A DNA stretch of 63,996 nt, filler included, from Choristocarpus tenellus KU-1152 (GCA_964200185.2; 8 parts of 8 records of this genome joined end to end with filler, not necessarily neighbours in it); one strand, 5' to 3'. Positions 13,101 to 26,000 are shown, numbered from the whole stretch's first letter. Notes: a model not told the origin generated them from the letters alone. Made by a program: numbers and translations.

Positions 13101-14176
13101 CTTGCCAGGTAGAATGCATTCGGCAGCACACCCAAAATGTGACTGGCTAGAAGTGGTGTGCAAGTATAGCGATAGTAAATGTAAACGCCTAGGTGGCTGG
13201 TTGTACCTTTGAAGTGCCATACGCCTTCCAGGAGTGTCGGTTTCGTCCAAGAGCACCACTTCGCGTGAAAGATCTTCCCGGCTCAAGCCTACCTGCTGCT
13301 GTTGATCGATAGTGCACAGAATGGAGCGGTCGGCCAGTCATGTGTGCCTGTGAGGTAAGCCAGGCATGGGGGAACGTAGTCCAATGCTCTGAGGCGGGTG
13401 CTGACCTCTTACGATCCATCAACCATGCCACCCAAGCTTCGAGAACGTTAATTGAGGAGTAATTAATCATACTAGATAATCAGGTGGGCCATAAGTGACT
13501 AAGTCCTGACACTACCACTAATGCTAAGTAGTGAGGGAGTTCTCCATGGCGCGATCAAAATGTCCCAGAGTTAACAGCGCGTGGAAGGGAAGAAAGGCAC
13601 GACCCCAAACACGAGGCAGGCCATCACAGCGATCGTGAGACGATGTTTGTCTTGGCCTCGGAAATTTTGTCTCTACTCTACCAGCGAGGCATGGTAATTT
13701 CGAGTGATACCTGCCCATGATTCGTGTCCCGTTGTTCCGACTCCTCGTCGTTCTTGAACACAGATGGATCCCTCGGAACGCAGGCTCCGGTTATGCTTCG
13801 ACCGATGAACACACAAGAAGATTCCGCATTACAATCTTCCCTGCACCGGAAGCAAGTATTCATAGCGGTGAGGTGAGGGTGTGTCCACGGCAGTTGATGT
13901 CCAACGTAAGCAACAACCATCATTGCATCATCACCTTCTGCTCGCCCATGTCATCCTCCACTTTAATGTGTTGAATTCCTCGCATGCACTCAAGACATCC
14001 CTAGCCCGTTTCCGACCCGCTTGGGATGGGGGTTGACCACCAGTCCGGTTTTCGACATCGGCCTTGCAGTGTACTGAGGGCTTACGAGTTGATGCACAAA
14101 CAAGACCAGAGGTCGATATGACCGCTGCAGCGAATCGAAATGCAAAGGGGCACACACCATTTCCATATAGTGACAT
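10137..14176 (-). CDS. Multi-exon hypothetical helical protein, possibly mitochondrial
   Basis: About 9 GT-AG exons (14176-13935, 13840-13711, then approx. 13290-13205, 12520-12345, 12100-12003, 11770-11710, 11475-11300, 10840-10645, 10435-10137). The upstream exons join in phase: MSLYGNGVCPFAFRFAAAV...SREVVLLDETDTPGRRMALQR...KDFLLKVLRDPELPGK...LVPLITWTLIEP, then an acidic/Gly tail. The last junction is approximate. No family recognised. Confidence 0.68.
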
Positions 14177-14422
14177 TTCTCCCGGCGCTGTCGACACAGG
14201 CTGTACTTCGTCTTGCTTGTTGAATTGACACCCTACTATCAAAACTTAACTGGTTGTGCAGTCTATCTGCGGTTGTATCACTTTCTATCCAATCCAACAA
14301 CTCAACTATTACTACTATCTTGAACTACTTCCTACTTAGTTGTGAAGAAAAAATCTGCGCGTGAGACGCTCATGCGCGTGGCAGATTCCTCTTTCTCGTG
14401 TCCCCTTATTTGATCTCATACC
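14177..14422. promoter_or_regulatory. Compact bidirectional promoter region with an imperfect palindrome (14352-14387)
   Basis: 246 bp between two divergent ATGs. Contains AATCT-GCGCGTGAG-acg-CTCATGCGC-gtggc-AGATT and two TGCGCGTG copies. Confidence 0.5.
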
Positions 14423-15885
14423 ATGATGAGTTGCAAATTGAAGTTGGCTATCCTCTTGCCAGCGCTATTGGCGTTAGTGACGAATGCCTACGTCCTTGGC
14501 CCACGCCCAAGCCTGGTCGGGAGTCCTGTACTCAAGACAAGCCTTCCTAGAGGCCGTGGGTGGGTGACGAGACCATGGTCACTGGGACAGAGCACCCTCA
14601 ATCCTTGTACAACTTTGTCACATGGGATGCATTCTCGGCGACAGCGCTCGAGGTCTGACCTTATTGTGCAGCAGGTTTTCGGTGGAGGTGGTTCTGGATT
14701 TCCTGGTGGGCAGGGGCCGCAAAGGGGCCCACCTGGACTGGACCCTGGAACACTCTTCGCTGTTGTTGGTGGACTCCTTTTGGTGTTCGCACCTGGTGTG
14801 ATATTCGGGGCTTTCAATTTCCTGTTTCTGGTGAGGATGTCCTCCTGCTCAACGGGTGTGTGGCCCTCTCCATATTTCCCGCCCTGGTCCTGAAAGCAGT
14901 TTGGATCAACAGTTTGAACCAAGGTTTCTCCTCTTAGCCTGAAAAGTCCTCAACTCTGGCAATTAGTTTCGTTTTCGCCAGCGCCAGAGTAAACGACATT
15001 GCATGCAAGTAGAGACAATATTACTTTTGATCTCTCTATCTTGTACAAATAGTAATATTTCTCTCAAAAGCAAATTTGAACTTGCCATAACAATGGAATT
15101 CCAGAACAATCGTATTTTGGTTTTCTCCCGTCCTCCCACTCCTGTTCATGCAGTAGATGCGACACAGTACTCACAGTAGCTGGACTCATTCTCACCGAGG
15201 CAATGATCCTTAATGGTCCAACTGCTCAATAAATTTTTCAAGCTTTTGTGTTGGGGCGAAGGCTTGTGCATGTCTTGAAAGTGTTACTGCCGCCACCACA
15301 CTACTGGATGCAGGTGGCGATAGTTGGTCCTGCTCTTTTGTCAGTGGGATTCCAAATCTATACTAAGCTAAATACTATTGAGGCACCATGTCCTGTCTGT
15401 GGGGCTATCCTTCAAGGTGCCAAGACAGAGCAGATGCTATTATGTCCAAGGTGACCTGGAGTGTTGATTGTATGATTTCATGTAGTACAAACGACAACCA
15501 CATGTTCTAGTCTCATTTTGTAATTAATATTTGATTAATTTGGAAACTGCTATCTCCCACAGCTCACCCTGTGCGCCAATGCATTAGTCTTTACATGGAA
15601 TTTGAAGCTGGCAGTTGAATTGCTCTCAAGTGCCAGTCATGAGCAGGCCTTGCAACCCTTCTCATGCGCACTTTCATATTGTACTACCCCTCCCTCTATG
15701 CTCCTCCACCTCCCCTCTACACAATCCACACCAGTTGTGGGAGCCCTCTGGAAGCAAAAAATGGAAAATTTGAGGCCTTAGGGTCAGGCTATGCCCGTGA
15801 TGAAATGGGCCGACAGCAGGAGATCAGCAAGAATGATCCTAACAACGTTATCATAGATGTTGAAGCTATAGAAGTTGAAGACTGA
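14423..15885 (+). CDS. Plastid-targeted membrane protein with TM hairpin and C4 zinc ribbon (cyanobacterial-type family)
   Basis: Exons 14423-14830, 15314-15450 and 15735-15885 (phases 0,2). Signal peptide ending VTNA-Y plus an S/R-rich transit peptide, hydrophobic segments, CPVCG...CPSCGSPL, and C-terminal IIDVEAIEVED. Confidence 0.8.
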
Positions 15886-17091
15886 GCGTGGTTCAGAGGG
15901 AGTGGTGCTTGGCAGCACACGGAGCATAAGCCCATGTTGGGAGGGTTCACTTTGGTGGTGAGCTGTGTGGATGACTTCTTCATTTCATTGCGGACGCATT
16001 TTCTATTGAGTATTGAGTGTGGCAGTCAGTTGAAGTATTGCCATACGCCAAGCAAAACGATGGTTGGACTGTATTTTAGCCCACGGTATAATGCATGATA
16101 TAAGACCAGGGCAATTGGTGGTTGATTGATGCTAAGTGGAGTGTTGGGAACAAAAAACCTTCTCAATGCCGAAGTATCTAGATAGGCGCATAGTGTTTTT
16201 GGTATGTCAGCAACTTGCAATGTTTATTCTGTTGCATCGGTTGCATGTCCTGTGTGCTTGGAAAGTCCCAAGAGCCATCATAGAGAAATACCTTTGTTTT
16301 AGTTAGAGAGGCACATGTTTAATAGCATAAAACGATTTGTGATAATGTGTTCACCTTAGCTGATTTTCCCTTGGCTATTGGCATGCAGCAAGCTTTGAAA
16401 ATTGAAGCGAAAGAGCTCTAGCTACAAAGGCCCTTGCTGTAGTTGACAAGATTGGAGTAATATAAACCCTTCTTGTCACAGGGAGAAGAGTACCAGTGAA
16501 GTATCACTCTTTTCGTCATCACTGTATGTGTGGTGGCACTGATGTTGAAATGCATCAATACAGATAGATCACAGGGGGAAATGATAGAGATGTGTGGGCA
16601 ATGTTCTTGAACAAATAATCCTCAAAATACGTAAATAAATGGAGTGGATTGTTTTGACGACATATGTATATATATATATATATATGAAATTATGTATGCA
16701 TCTATGTGAATCTGACTAGACTTTTCCACCCTCGGTGGTTCATCTTCTCAGAAGCCATGCCATCAACTGTTACAATTGCTCTCCATGCAATACAATGTGT
16801 GGTTCCCGAAGAAGAAAAAATGTATTCAATCAGTTCCCCAAGTGTTCACCTGCTTCTAAAGTACTTAGACATACAATGCCGTTTAAGTTAACTAACAGCC
16901 CCAACACAATGATCATGCCCCCCCCTCCCGCATCCTGAAGTTGGTTTGTATTTGAGATATATGAATCTGGTCCTGACATCTACCGTGTAGATACAATCCT
17001 CCTAAAGTGAATATCAAGCATCTTGTCAACCCAAGTGAGCATCTTTTATGAAAAAGGGGTAAGTGTGGTCTAAAACAGATATGGATAGTCC

Positions 17092-17660
17092 TTAGACCTT
17101 GCCTGCCTCAGATGGTGGGATTCCGTCGCCAGAAACACGTGCTTGCTTGAGCTCTGCTCGAACAAGGTGCTTCTGCAGCTTGCCTGTGGGAAAGCAGAGA
17201 TGCATTGGTGCAGGTCAAGTTGCTCTACATTTTTTATTGGGGATTGTCTGTTTCAATACCTGAGTTTTTCGAGATTGGGCTGCTGATTGTGGCAATCTTA
17301 CAGTCATTTGCAACAAAAGGTAGAGCATGGAAAAATGATGTCCATGCTGCAGAGCTACTATCCTTTCAAAAATGCTTGATTTGATGCACCAACTACCAGC
17401 TATTTGTACCAATATTCAGAGATAATTATCTCCAAAAGCAGTTTTGCCACTATTGACGGATGCTTACACTTGAAAAGAATTTCGAAAGACTGCACAACTC
17501 CCTCAATCAAAGAGGCATATGATGTAGGGTGAGTTTAGCACTTCTACAAGCATTACTCACCAGTAGCAGTCTTCGGGATCTCTTTAAAAAGCACCTTCCG
17601 AGGGCACTTGAACTTTGCAAGAGCCCTGCGTGCATGGGCCAACAACTCCACCTCTGTGAC
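17092..17660 (-). CDS. Acyl-CoA synthetase / AMP-binding enzyme, last two exons (5' part lost at contig end)
   Basis: Exons 17660-17561 and 17183-17092 (phase 1) give VTEVELLAHARRALAKFKCPRKVLFKEIPKTATG|KLQKHLVRAELK..., with the A10 motif PKTxTGKxxK of ANL adenylating enzymes. Confidence 0.85.
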
Positions 17661-17902
17661 CTAGCATACAGCAGTAAAAGAGGGGTAGGCCGCAGGGGAT
17701 ATTTTAGCACTGCTCCAGAGCAAAAAGAGCACTTGGGAGATAGTACGGTCTGACCAATAGAACACCCTCTCTCGTCTTGCTGTTTGATTGTGAGCACATT
17801 TGGTAGTACTCTATACTGCCTCAGAGCGTGTAAGCAATTGATAGTATGTTTCACTATTGTCAAGATTCCGTGGTTTGAACCTGACCCAAAGTATCTGGGG
17901 GG

Positions 17903-18002
17903 NNNNNNNNNNNNNNNNNNNNNNNNNNNNNNNNNNNNNNNNNNNNTTAATTAATTAANNNNNNNNNNNNNNNNNNNNNNNNNNNNNNNNNNNNNNNNNN
18001 NN
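17903..18002. other. Artificial contig-joining spacer N44-TTAATTAATTAA-N44
   Basis: 100-nt spacer with a six-frame-stop 12-mer; seven identical copies in the window. Confidence 0.97.
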
Positions 18003-18240
18003 CCTCCCTCCCTCCCCATCCTTCCTCTCTTTACTATATATGTGCCTTCAAAGGTTGAGTAAACATACTTGAACATAATAAGCCCTAACCCTAACAACAC
18101 TCACCCTCATCCCATTGACACACCTACAATGAGACTTGTGAGCGGGGAGCTCTTTTACACATACATACATAAAAAATCAAATAAAAACTGACCCATTTTT
18201 ATGCTTCGTTTAGTGGTGAACGCATACTTCAACATATGCA

Positions 18241-18292
18241 AACCCTAACCCTAAACCTAACCCTAAACCTAACCCTAACCCTAAACCTAACC
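18241..18292. repeat. Interstitial telomere-type (CCCTAA)n tract
   Basis: About 8 CCCTAA/ACCTAA units; further tracts near 18083 and 18423-18451. Confidence 0.9.
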
Positions 18293-18549
18293 CGTTCAAA
18301 ATGTACCCACAAAAACCAGTGCATATGCATTCCCTATATATATACACATGAAAGCCATACCCCCTCCCTCGATTTCACACCTTCACAACAATTGCATGCA
18401 TGCATTATTTTATTGGATTAAAGCCCTAACCCTAAGCCCTAACCCTAACCCTCAACATACGTAATAAACAGTCAATTGTGTCATTCTTACAACAGAAACC
18501 CTTCTCCTATGGCATAAAGGGACAAACAAGATTGGTGCTGAAAATTCAC

Positions 18550-19633
18550 CTGGTTGTCTCGCTCTGACCTTCCTCGCCGGGCGCCCTGGACTCAGAAAAG
18601 AGTTGCAGCAAGACCAATACGGACACAAGACACACCAAGATGCAACAGAGTGGCACCATGGCATGCGCAGCGTACACAACATACATAGCAGGATCGGGTA
18701 CATGTCTACCCTTTGAGAGGACGGTTTTCGATCTGTTGAGAAGATGAACATACAATACTTGGTAGTAGTCCTTGCAACATTTTGAAGTGTGAAGTGCAAG
18801 GAAGAGATGACAGTTCACATCTGAAACATCTTTTGCTAGGAGAAGGTGCCACTCCAAGCGCTCTATGACTGGGGTTATGGGAGGAGGAGGAGCAGACTAC
18901 TACTGCAGCAGCTAGCCTTGAAAGAGGTTGGAATTGCACAGTACCAGCTCTGTCGTGAACAACTTAACTCACAAGTAACGTTCCACATATGCCTACAAAC
19001 ACAAAGGACTTCCAACTAACAAGACGGGCTCGGAAGCAACGATGCTTTAATGCAGGGGTGGATAGACTTTCCTGATCTCAAGCACTGGGGAGTCTCTGCT
19101 TCACCCTCACAACAGTGCATCCTTCACGAAGAGGCCGCCTCTTGTTGCCCCTATGTTTACATTATCAACTCTAGCTAATGATCCCTCAATCTCTCTATAG
19201 GCCATCCTTACCCCGAACAGACTGCAACGCCTGGTATCACTGGATGTTCTTTGACAGGATAAAGACCGAAGGAGAGGTCTCGTTGGCACACTGTGCATGC
19301 AATGTGCCTTTCCCTAAGAGTTAAAGGGTGAATAAGGGAGGATAGGATCAAATTTTGGGTCCGTGTGGCTTAGAATGTGAGGTTGCGTTCTGTTTGAGCA
19401 TTTGTCCCTTCCGCAAAGACGGGACCAGGCGTGTCTTGGCTACAAAACCTATGGAAACATGCTCTTCATGGAGTTACGGGTAGCGTGCAGATAGAAAGAT
19501 ATTGACTTTGGTTCTCTGAGAGAGAACAGATAACTCACAATCTCTGCGGGTCATACTCTCCGCGCTCGATTTTCGATTCCAATATCATCTTCTCATCATC
19601 CGTAACACCGTCTCCATCAACAAGAACATCCAT
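18550..19633 (-). CDS. Hypothetical protein, 5' exons, divergent from RanGAP
   Basis: Five short GT-AG exons join in phase to MDVLVDGDGVTDDEKMILESKIERGEYDPQRLMAYREIEGSLARVDNAYVERYLTTTKYCMFIFSTDRKPSSQRGARRGRSERDNQ. The 3' end is missing. Confidence 0.5.
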
Positions 19634-20153
19634 CTGGTGCGAGGGCGAATTCCAGCACAAGGAGCTTCCTCGAGTCTAATCACGGTTATGATATCTACCT
19701 AGAGCTCCACACACACCACAAATCCGCTGGGCGTGCGTTATCAAGTTCGATATCAAGTCAGGGCGACCAAACAGGACAGTATTTGTTGAACTGATTGCAA
19801 TTTTCAAGTATCACTGTAAGTGCCTTGTGCAGGCATCCATCTTCTGATCTTTGTAACGAGCTGTGGACAGTAGATTACGTCCCTACTCTGAACAGTCACG
19901 GCACAAAGGGCAATACAAGACAACCACACCCCAGTTGTGCTTGTCTCCAGTGTTGTGTACAATCTATGTGGTGGAACTACCTATTGATGGATTGTTTGAA
20001 AGGTGGCCGGGCGGATGGTGGCCGGTCGACACTGTTTCCCCTTCCCCATCCCTCAACATCTTGTCCATCAGCATCAGGAGCACGTTGGTCAAGCAACTAG
20101 AACGACGTTGTAGACGTATCGGAATAGCTGCCCGAGTGGGATAGAACGAACTA

Positions 20154-22770
20154 ATGGCGTCGATTTTGGAGTGTACGGATTTTGTTGACGGTCTGTTTAC
20201 CCTGAACGACGGACAGCGAGAGATGGTGGACGAGGTGTGGTTGCCGTCTATGAGCTTTCCTGCTTCTACTCGCAGAAGGTGATTAAGCGAAATATCTGTA
20301 TTATCTCTCCCCTCACCAACAAGCAACTGATCCCTGGAATGGTTTAGGATCGGGCGAAGGCGCTCGTGGAGGCTGGTATGGCGGGCAGGTCACCTTCATC
20401 CGTGACTCGAGTATGTCTCTCGAACAAAAGCTATTCAGGAGAAGCCGCCAAAGTCATCGCGGAGACCTTGAAGACCATGGAGAACATTACTGAGGTGCGT
20501 GGAGCAGCGTGCGATTGTAGAATCCTAAGCATTCTGGAGTGGACCTGAAACCCTTCCACTATATGCACAAGTTGCAGGTTGTCCTATGGCAAGAACTGAA
20601 AACGACGACTCTGAATGCGTCCGCTGTCTGCTTGAGACGGCAATTACTATTGAAGGCCCCTTCTTCAATGCGCTTTCCGTGCATGTAGGTCGATTTCAGT
20701 GACATGATTGCTGGCCGACCGGAAGACGTTGGACTTGAGGTACTGGAAGCTATTTGTGGTGGAGTGGCAGATCGAGACCTTCTCAGGGTCAACCTAAGTG
20801 ATAACGCTATGGGGCAGAAGGGTATCGACGCGTGTAGGTTGGCGCTGGAGGGGAAAAAGAGCCTTCAGGGTCTACTCATGTGCAATGATGGCCTGTCAGA
20901 GGCCGCTATGGCTGCAGTTAGGGTGAGCGAGTGTCAGGATGAGGGTTTCCCCTTAAGTTTACGCTATACCACGTGGAAGGACATAAAACACGGTCATGAT
21001 CAGAGTCGAGTATGCACGTCACACATGAAGTTGTAGGCCGTCCCGTATGCTCTGGCTCCAGTAGTGGTATACAAGCAGTATGCTGGAAAGCACTTAAATT
21101 TTGTTGAAGAGGTGAAGTAAGCTTTCATTAATCAGGTGGTATGACTGCCATATGCATCCACCATTTTCCCCTCTTGCACCCAACAGGACATACTACTCAC
21201 CAATGCTAGCGGCGAGCCCATAGCCCTCCGAACTTTGCACTTCTTCAACAATATGAGCGGAGATGGGGGTGCCAAGGCCCTGGCAGAGGTGAGACTATCC
21301 CTGACAACTCAACGTTTGCTGAGTGCTGTTGAGATTGGGAAGTGGTCATCCCTGTCGGTTGCTGATTAAATCCTTTTTTTTGCATGCTTATGCATAATTT
21401 TCTGACGCACCTAACTGGTTGTATTATTGTTTGATCATTGTGTGTGGGTAGACAAGACTGGGCTCAATGATGGGACCTGGCTTGAGGTTGGGGATTGATG
21501 TGCTGGACTGCAATTCTCCATTTGAACCTTCTGATGTAGTACAAGTGTGATTATGTGGCAAAGGCAATGTCAGAGGTTGCAAGCACATATTTGTTCCTGC
21601 TGGAGAAGCTTGTGCTGTTGTAGTATTTATCATGACTCCTTATCCTTCGCTCCCTTGCCTTTGCAACTGATTAACGACATTAGCTAGCATTTTCATTTAG
21701 TGACTGTTGTAGGATGCAGTATTCGTTGTTTTAGCCCTCTAATTATTGCCCTCGGTGTGTTTCAATGTGACCTCGGATAGTGCAACCGATGACAAGAGAG
21801 GAGCAATATTCCGTCACCTCTTGTTACTTGCTGCAACCTGAATGTTCGAGGTATCGATTGTGGAAATACTTCAGAGCACAAAAGTACATCCCCGGAGCAC
21901 CACGTAGCAGTGCTTATCCTTATCCACGCCAAATTCTCAAGCCAATATCTAAATTCAACCACCTCATGAGCTGATCCCACTCTACCCAACTCCTCAAGAA
22001 CTTCTCCACCCACGGCCCTCTTTGTACCTGACCGCCATGGTGCTTCCTGTGTTTGCAATCAATCCACTGCTCGTGTGGTCCTGAAGGTGCTCCCCCACTG
22101 CCCATGTCTGGAGGACCTGCGATTTTCCGGCTCCAGGGCAGGTCGTGAGGGGTCTGCGACAGTGGTGAAGGTGGGTGAGCCCGTGACATGAGGAGGAGGT
22201 TTGTCGATTTGTACCAGGTGTTCTTTAGACAGTGGGGGCATTATCGAGCACTCTTATTTCTTTTGCACATAGGGAGCAGTCACGCCTACGTTTTGGGGTG
22301 CTGTGTGAGCGAAGTGAACGTGCGTTTCATACGCACATTTTCAGAACACGCCTCACTCTGATACAACTGCTGCACCAAACGAGTTGAAATGAATCCAAAA
22401 TGGGGTTTCCTACACCTTGGGAAGTTGAGCACGTCACCGAGTTTTGATTCCTTTTGGGGTTTTTTTTTACTGAAACTGAATGTGTGTGTTTTGTTTTTGT
22501 TTTGTTTTGTTTTTTTGGGGGNNNNNNNNNTTTTTTTTTTTTTTTGTGGTTGGTGTGTTTGTTTTTTTTTTTTTTTTTTTTGTGGTGGGGGGGGGGGGGG
22601 GGGGGGGGGGGCAGGCTTTGCTCCTGTGCCCTGCTGTCACCTCCGGATTGCTAGTGCGACTTGATCTTGCTGACAACACCTTTGGAGTGGAGGGAGGTCA
22701 GGACCTTGCGAAGGCGTTGTCGGAACAGTCGGGGCTGACGTACATCAACCTCAGGGATTGCTCACTTGAG
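20154..22770 (+). CDS. RanGAP: Ran GTPase-activating protein (LRR), 3'-truncated by contig end
   Basis: Phase-0 exons 20154-20234, 20348-20494, 20689-20922, 21187-21288, 22087-22170 and 22615-22770. RanGAP motifs: RVCLSNKSY, VDFSDMIAGRPE, VNLSDNAMGQKG, LHFFNNMSGDGGA, LEDLRFSGSR, LDLADNTFGVEGG. Confidence 0.92.
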
Positions 22771-22912
22771 GTTTGTCTCCGGGCTGGGGGAGGTGGGAAC
22801 CGCCTTTGTGAGGGTGGTGTCTTGAGTGGCCTCTTCAGTGTACAGGTCTTTTGGTCTTTTGCTTTGAGGTGTTTGTTGTAGTGGTCAGCGAGGGATTGCA
22901 GGGGGAGGGGGG

Positions 22913-23012
22913 NNNNNNNNNNNNNNNNNNNNNNNNNNNNNNNNNNNNNNNNNNNNTTAATTAATTAANNNNNNNNNNNNNNNNNNNNNNNNNNNNNNNN
23001 NNNNNNNNNNNN
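22913..23012. other. Artificial contig-joining spacer
   Basis: N44-TTAATTAATTAA-N44. Confidence 0.97.
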
Positions 23013-26000
23013 ACATATGTATATAGTTTTCATTGGTTTTCCCCTGACACATCTGCAAAATGTCAGAGGGCATAATAATAAAATAATACTACAATAGTAG
23101 TATGTAGAGTAGGACAGCACACTGTAGTATTAGTGGTGGTGATACTTTCTTTAAATTTCAAAGACGTTGACTTATCAAGATATGTTTTTTACTGTATGGA
23201 GATCATTTCTTACTTTATTCTAGCTTGATTGTTTTTTTACATGATTATTGATGATACTATTCCATTATCCATTTTGTAGACAACAAGAATATGTACAGAC
23301 AGATCTTTCCTTTCGTCTCTATCAATTTTAATATCTAAAACAACTTCCATATCGTATTATCCGGTAGAATAATAATATGTGATTGAATTTCACTGATCGC
23401 AAATATCATTCTCCAGTTGTTGGAAAACAGATTATTGACACATTTCTTGGGTAGCACACTAAAAATTCTACCATTTTCCGAAAATCAATCTATCAACAAG
23501 ATCTATTTGAGAATCAAATCGATGTGAATGGGATATTACTTGGCCGTTTTCTTATAAAATAAGAATTGGTAGGCGGGAAGGAGGATTGGCGAGACCTGAT
23601 TATTAGTGTTTAACATTTCTAATTAATTACTGAACTACTTACTCCTTTTGAAGGACCTGAAGCAAGTAGGGAACTCGGGAAGGTAAGGGAAGTACTCTTA
23701 GTGAGTTGGTGAGGTGTTGGGGGTTGAGTGAACTTTACCTCACTGGCGACAAAGAGAAGGCCTGCATTGAGGAATTAAGTGATTGGTGAATTTGGTCCAT
23801 GAGTGAAGCACCCCTGGTCAAACAGGACAACGTTTGCCCTCTTCGTCATTTGTTCTTGTGGGAAGGGAATATGCCCATGGATGATGAAGAACTCGAGTCC
23901 TCGAAAAAGATCAGCTCACGGGAGAAGACTGTGCTGTGAGTGACCTGTGTCTAGTGTAGTGTAGTCTCTGCGTTGTAAAGGATATGTTAAGTAAGTACCA
24001 CCTGTTTTTTTTGGAGTCTCGTTTGGATAAGAGTTGGGAGTAGTCTTGAGCTTGATTGGCTCGATCCTATGCAGCCTACGACCTGCTTAGTTTGTTCTGT
24101 CCAATAAGCTCAGTCACTCCTTGTTCTTTCAACCTTTCTTCCCGAGGTGTTGGACGTCGTTCAACCCCACGTGAAGGTAAAACTCGAAAGTACTAGACCC
24201 CCAACCTTTAGTTCTCACTTGTACCGACGTGCATGGCGACAGAGGAATGCGGACAAAGCGAGGGGGAAGTCCCCCCTTAGTTCATCACCGATTCCTGTGG
24301 GCAATTGCATTCATGGTGCTTGTGGGACTGCTGCATCTTAATTGGATGGTTGCAGGTATGTGACTGGCATCGTGCGTTTTTTCAAGGTAGAACTATTTTT
24401 TTTGGAGGTTTCTCTTGTCTAGAGTGGTGGAGGATAACCCTCCAAGTAGACTCGCCAATGTATTTCCCTTGGCCTCTCCCCTGCATCGTCTTATGCCCAG
24501 GGATAAAGGTCACGGCAAACAAGTTCGCATCCAACTCACGGACGTGGGGTGCAGGGGTCTCTATAGACACGATCAACATGCGAGGTTCTGCTGATGCTAG
24601 TCGGACGAGGTGCTCCCCCTTTGATGTTACTTGCGAGGCCGGTCTGCCCCCCCCGTTCTATACCCGAGCTACGTGTTCCAACCGGGTGTTGGATGTCTAC
24701 CCTTATCTCTTGTCGCTTCGTAGTCAAGACGTTTGTCCCTTCTAGTTACGCCTTGCACTGTTCTTGCTTATTCTTGTGTCAGTAACATGTCTTATTAGGC
24801 GAAGGGCCAGTGTTGAAGGGACAACTGAGACTTTCTCTCTCTATTGGTGAACCCATTTCAAACATCTCAGTGCCATCGTAGCACTTTCCAACACGGACCC
24901 ATGGTCATTTTTGTCTGAACTGCAGCAATGTCACATCTTCAATCACAGACGCTTTGCAGAAACTGTATGGAAATATTCTTAAGACACTTTTCTTTTGCTT
25001 CTCAAGCAAGCTTAAGGCTAGCACCCATCCTACCATACCACGCAGATGAATTTGCAGCAAGTCTCCGAACCTGAACGATTTATTTTGCCCTCTGCTTCTG
25101 CCCATCACTACCTCCAGGGCGCTTGAGAACTTGTTGTGTGCAGTGTCAACTCTCAAGAAATCTGTGTCTAACCAGAGCGGACACCTGGAAGAGGGCGATA
25201 GATCGGCTGTGCAAGTATCTACTCCTCTGGATTTGGTAAGGGGTGGGGCTTTGTGATTGTACTTCTACGAAAACGATAAAAGAAATACCAGCATTAGTAA
25301 TCGAATCGAGTTTTATTCAACTCTCTTGAGTAGTGTTTTGGGTTTGCAAGTTGATTGCCCAGTTTTTGGACACTTTCTGTTAAAGTGCCCAGTTTTGTTG
25401 CCAAATTCATGACATTTCCCATTTCCCATTGTCGTTGTAACAACTATTCCAATTATGATACTATCATGATCCTTTTGTGCAAATTTTTTGCTCTCTAGTT
25501 TTTTTCGAAAATACGTCCCTCCCCTCAATTAACCACCTGTAGGGAAAGTTGCCCTCCCCTGTCAAGAAAATACTCGCATTAGTACCTGTGAATGGACTGT
25601 TCCGTGACACAAAATATATTCTTTCTAAGAAATCTGCTCAGTGCTATGGAGCTGTTTCACCTTAGTTTTCAAGATGTTGAATGTCATGAACGAGTTCAAG
25701 GTCAAGGGAACCCACGTTTAGATTTTTAGAGGAAAGACTTGAGCATTTCTTGTCATGGCTTGGGGGTGTGGTGTGGGTAGGGATGGTGGGTGGGTAGTCC
25801 TACAATGAGTTAATGATGTGGCCAGGTACTTTAAATCGTCATGCTATGATCCCTCAACAGTACATATTGGACCATGAATGCCCTGCAAGAGGATCCTATA
25901 CCACTGCTACGATGTCAGCAGGGTTGTTGCTTATCTCAAACAAGGTTGGAGGATGACTTACTTTATTTTGGGCAGATTAATGCAAGGCACTCCATTGCAG

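Noticed and set aside
14126-14176. LYGNGVCPFAFR resembling a GST-omega/thioredoxin active site
   Set aside because: No following GST-fold sequence; it sits in a presequence-like N-terminus.
17947-17958. TTAATTAATTAA as a biological motif (piggyBac TTAA or PacI site)
   Set aside because: Always centred in 44+44 Ns; a synthetic six-frame stop linker.
18003-18451. CCCTAA tracts near a contig start as a true telomere
   Set aside because: Short, interrupted, separated by unique sequence and similar to many internal tracts.
22440-22612. Poly-F/G/K/P ORFs
   Set aside because: Low-quality homopolymer sequence around a small N gap in a RanGAP intron.
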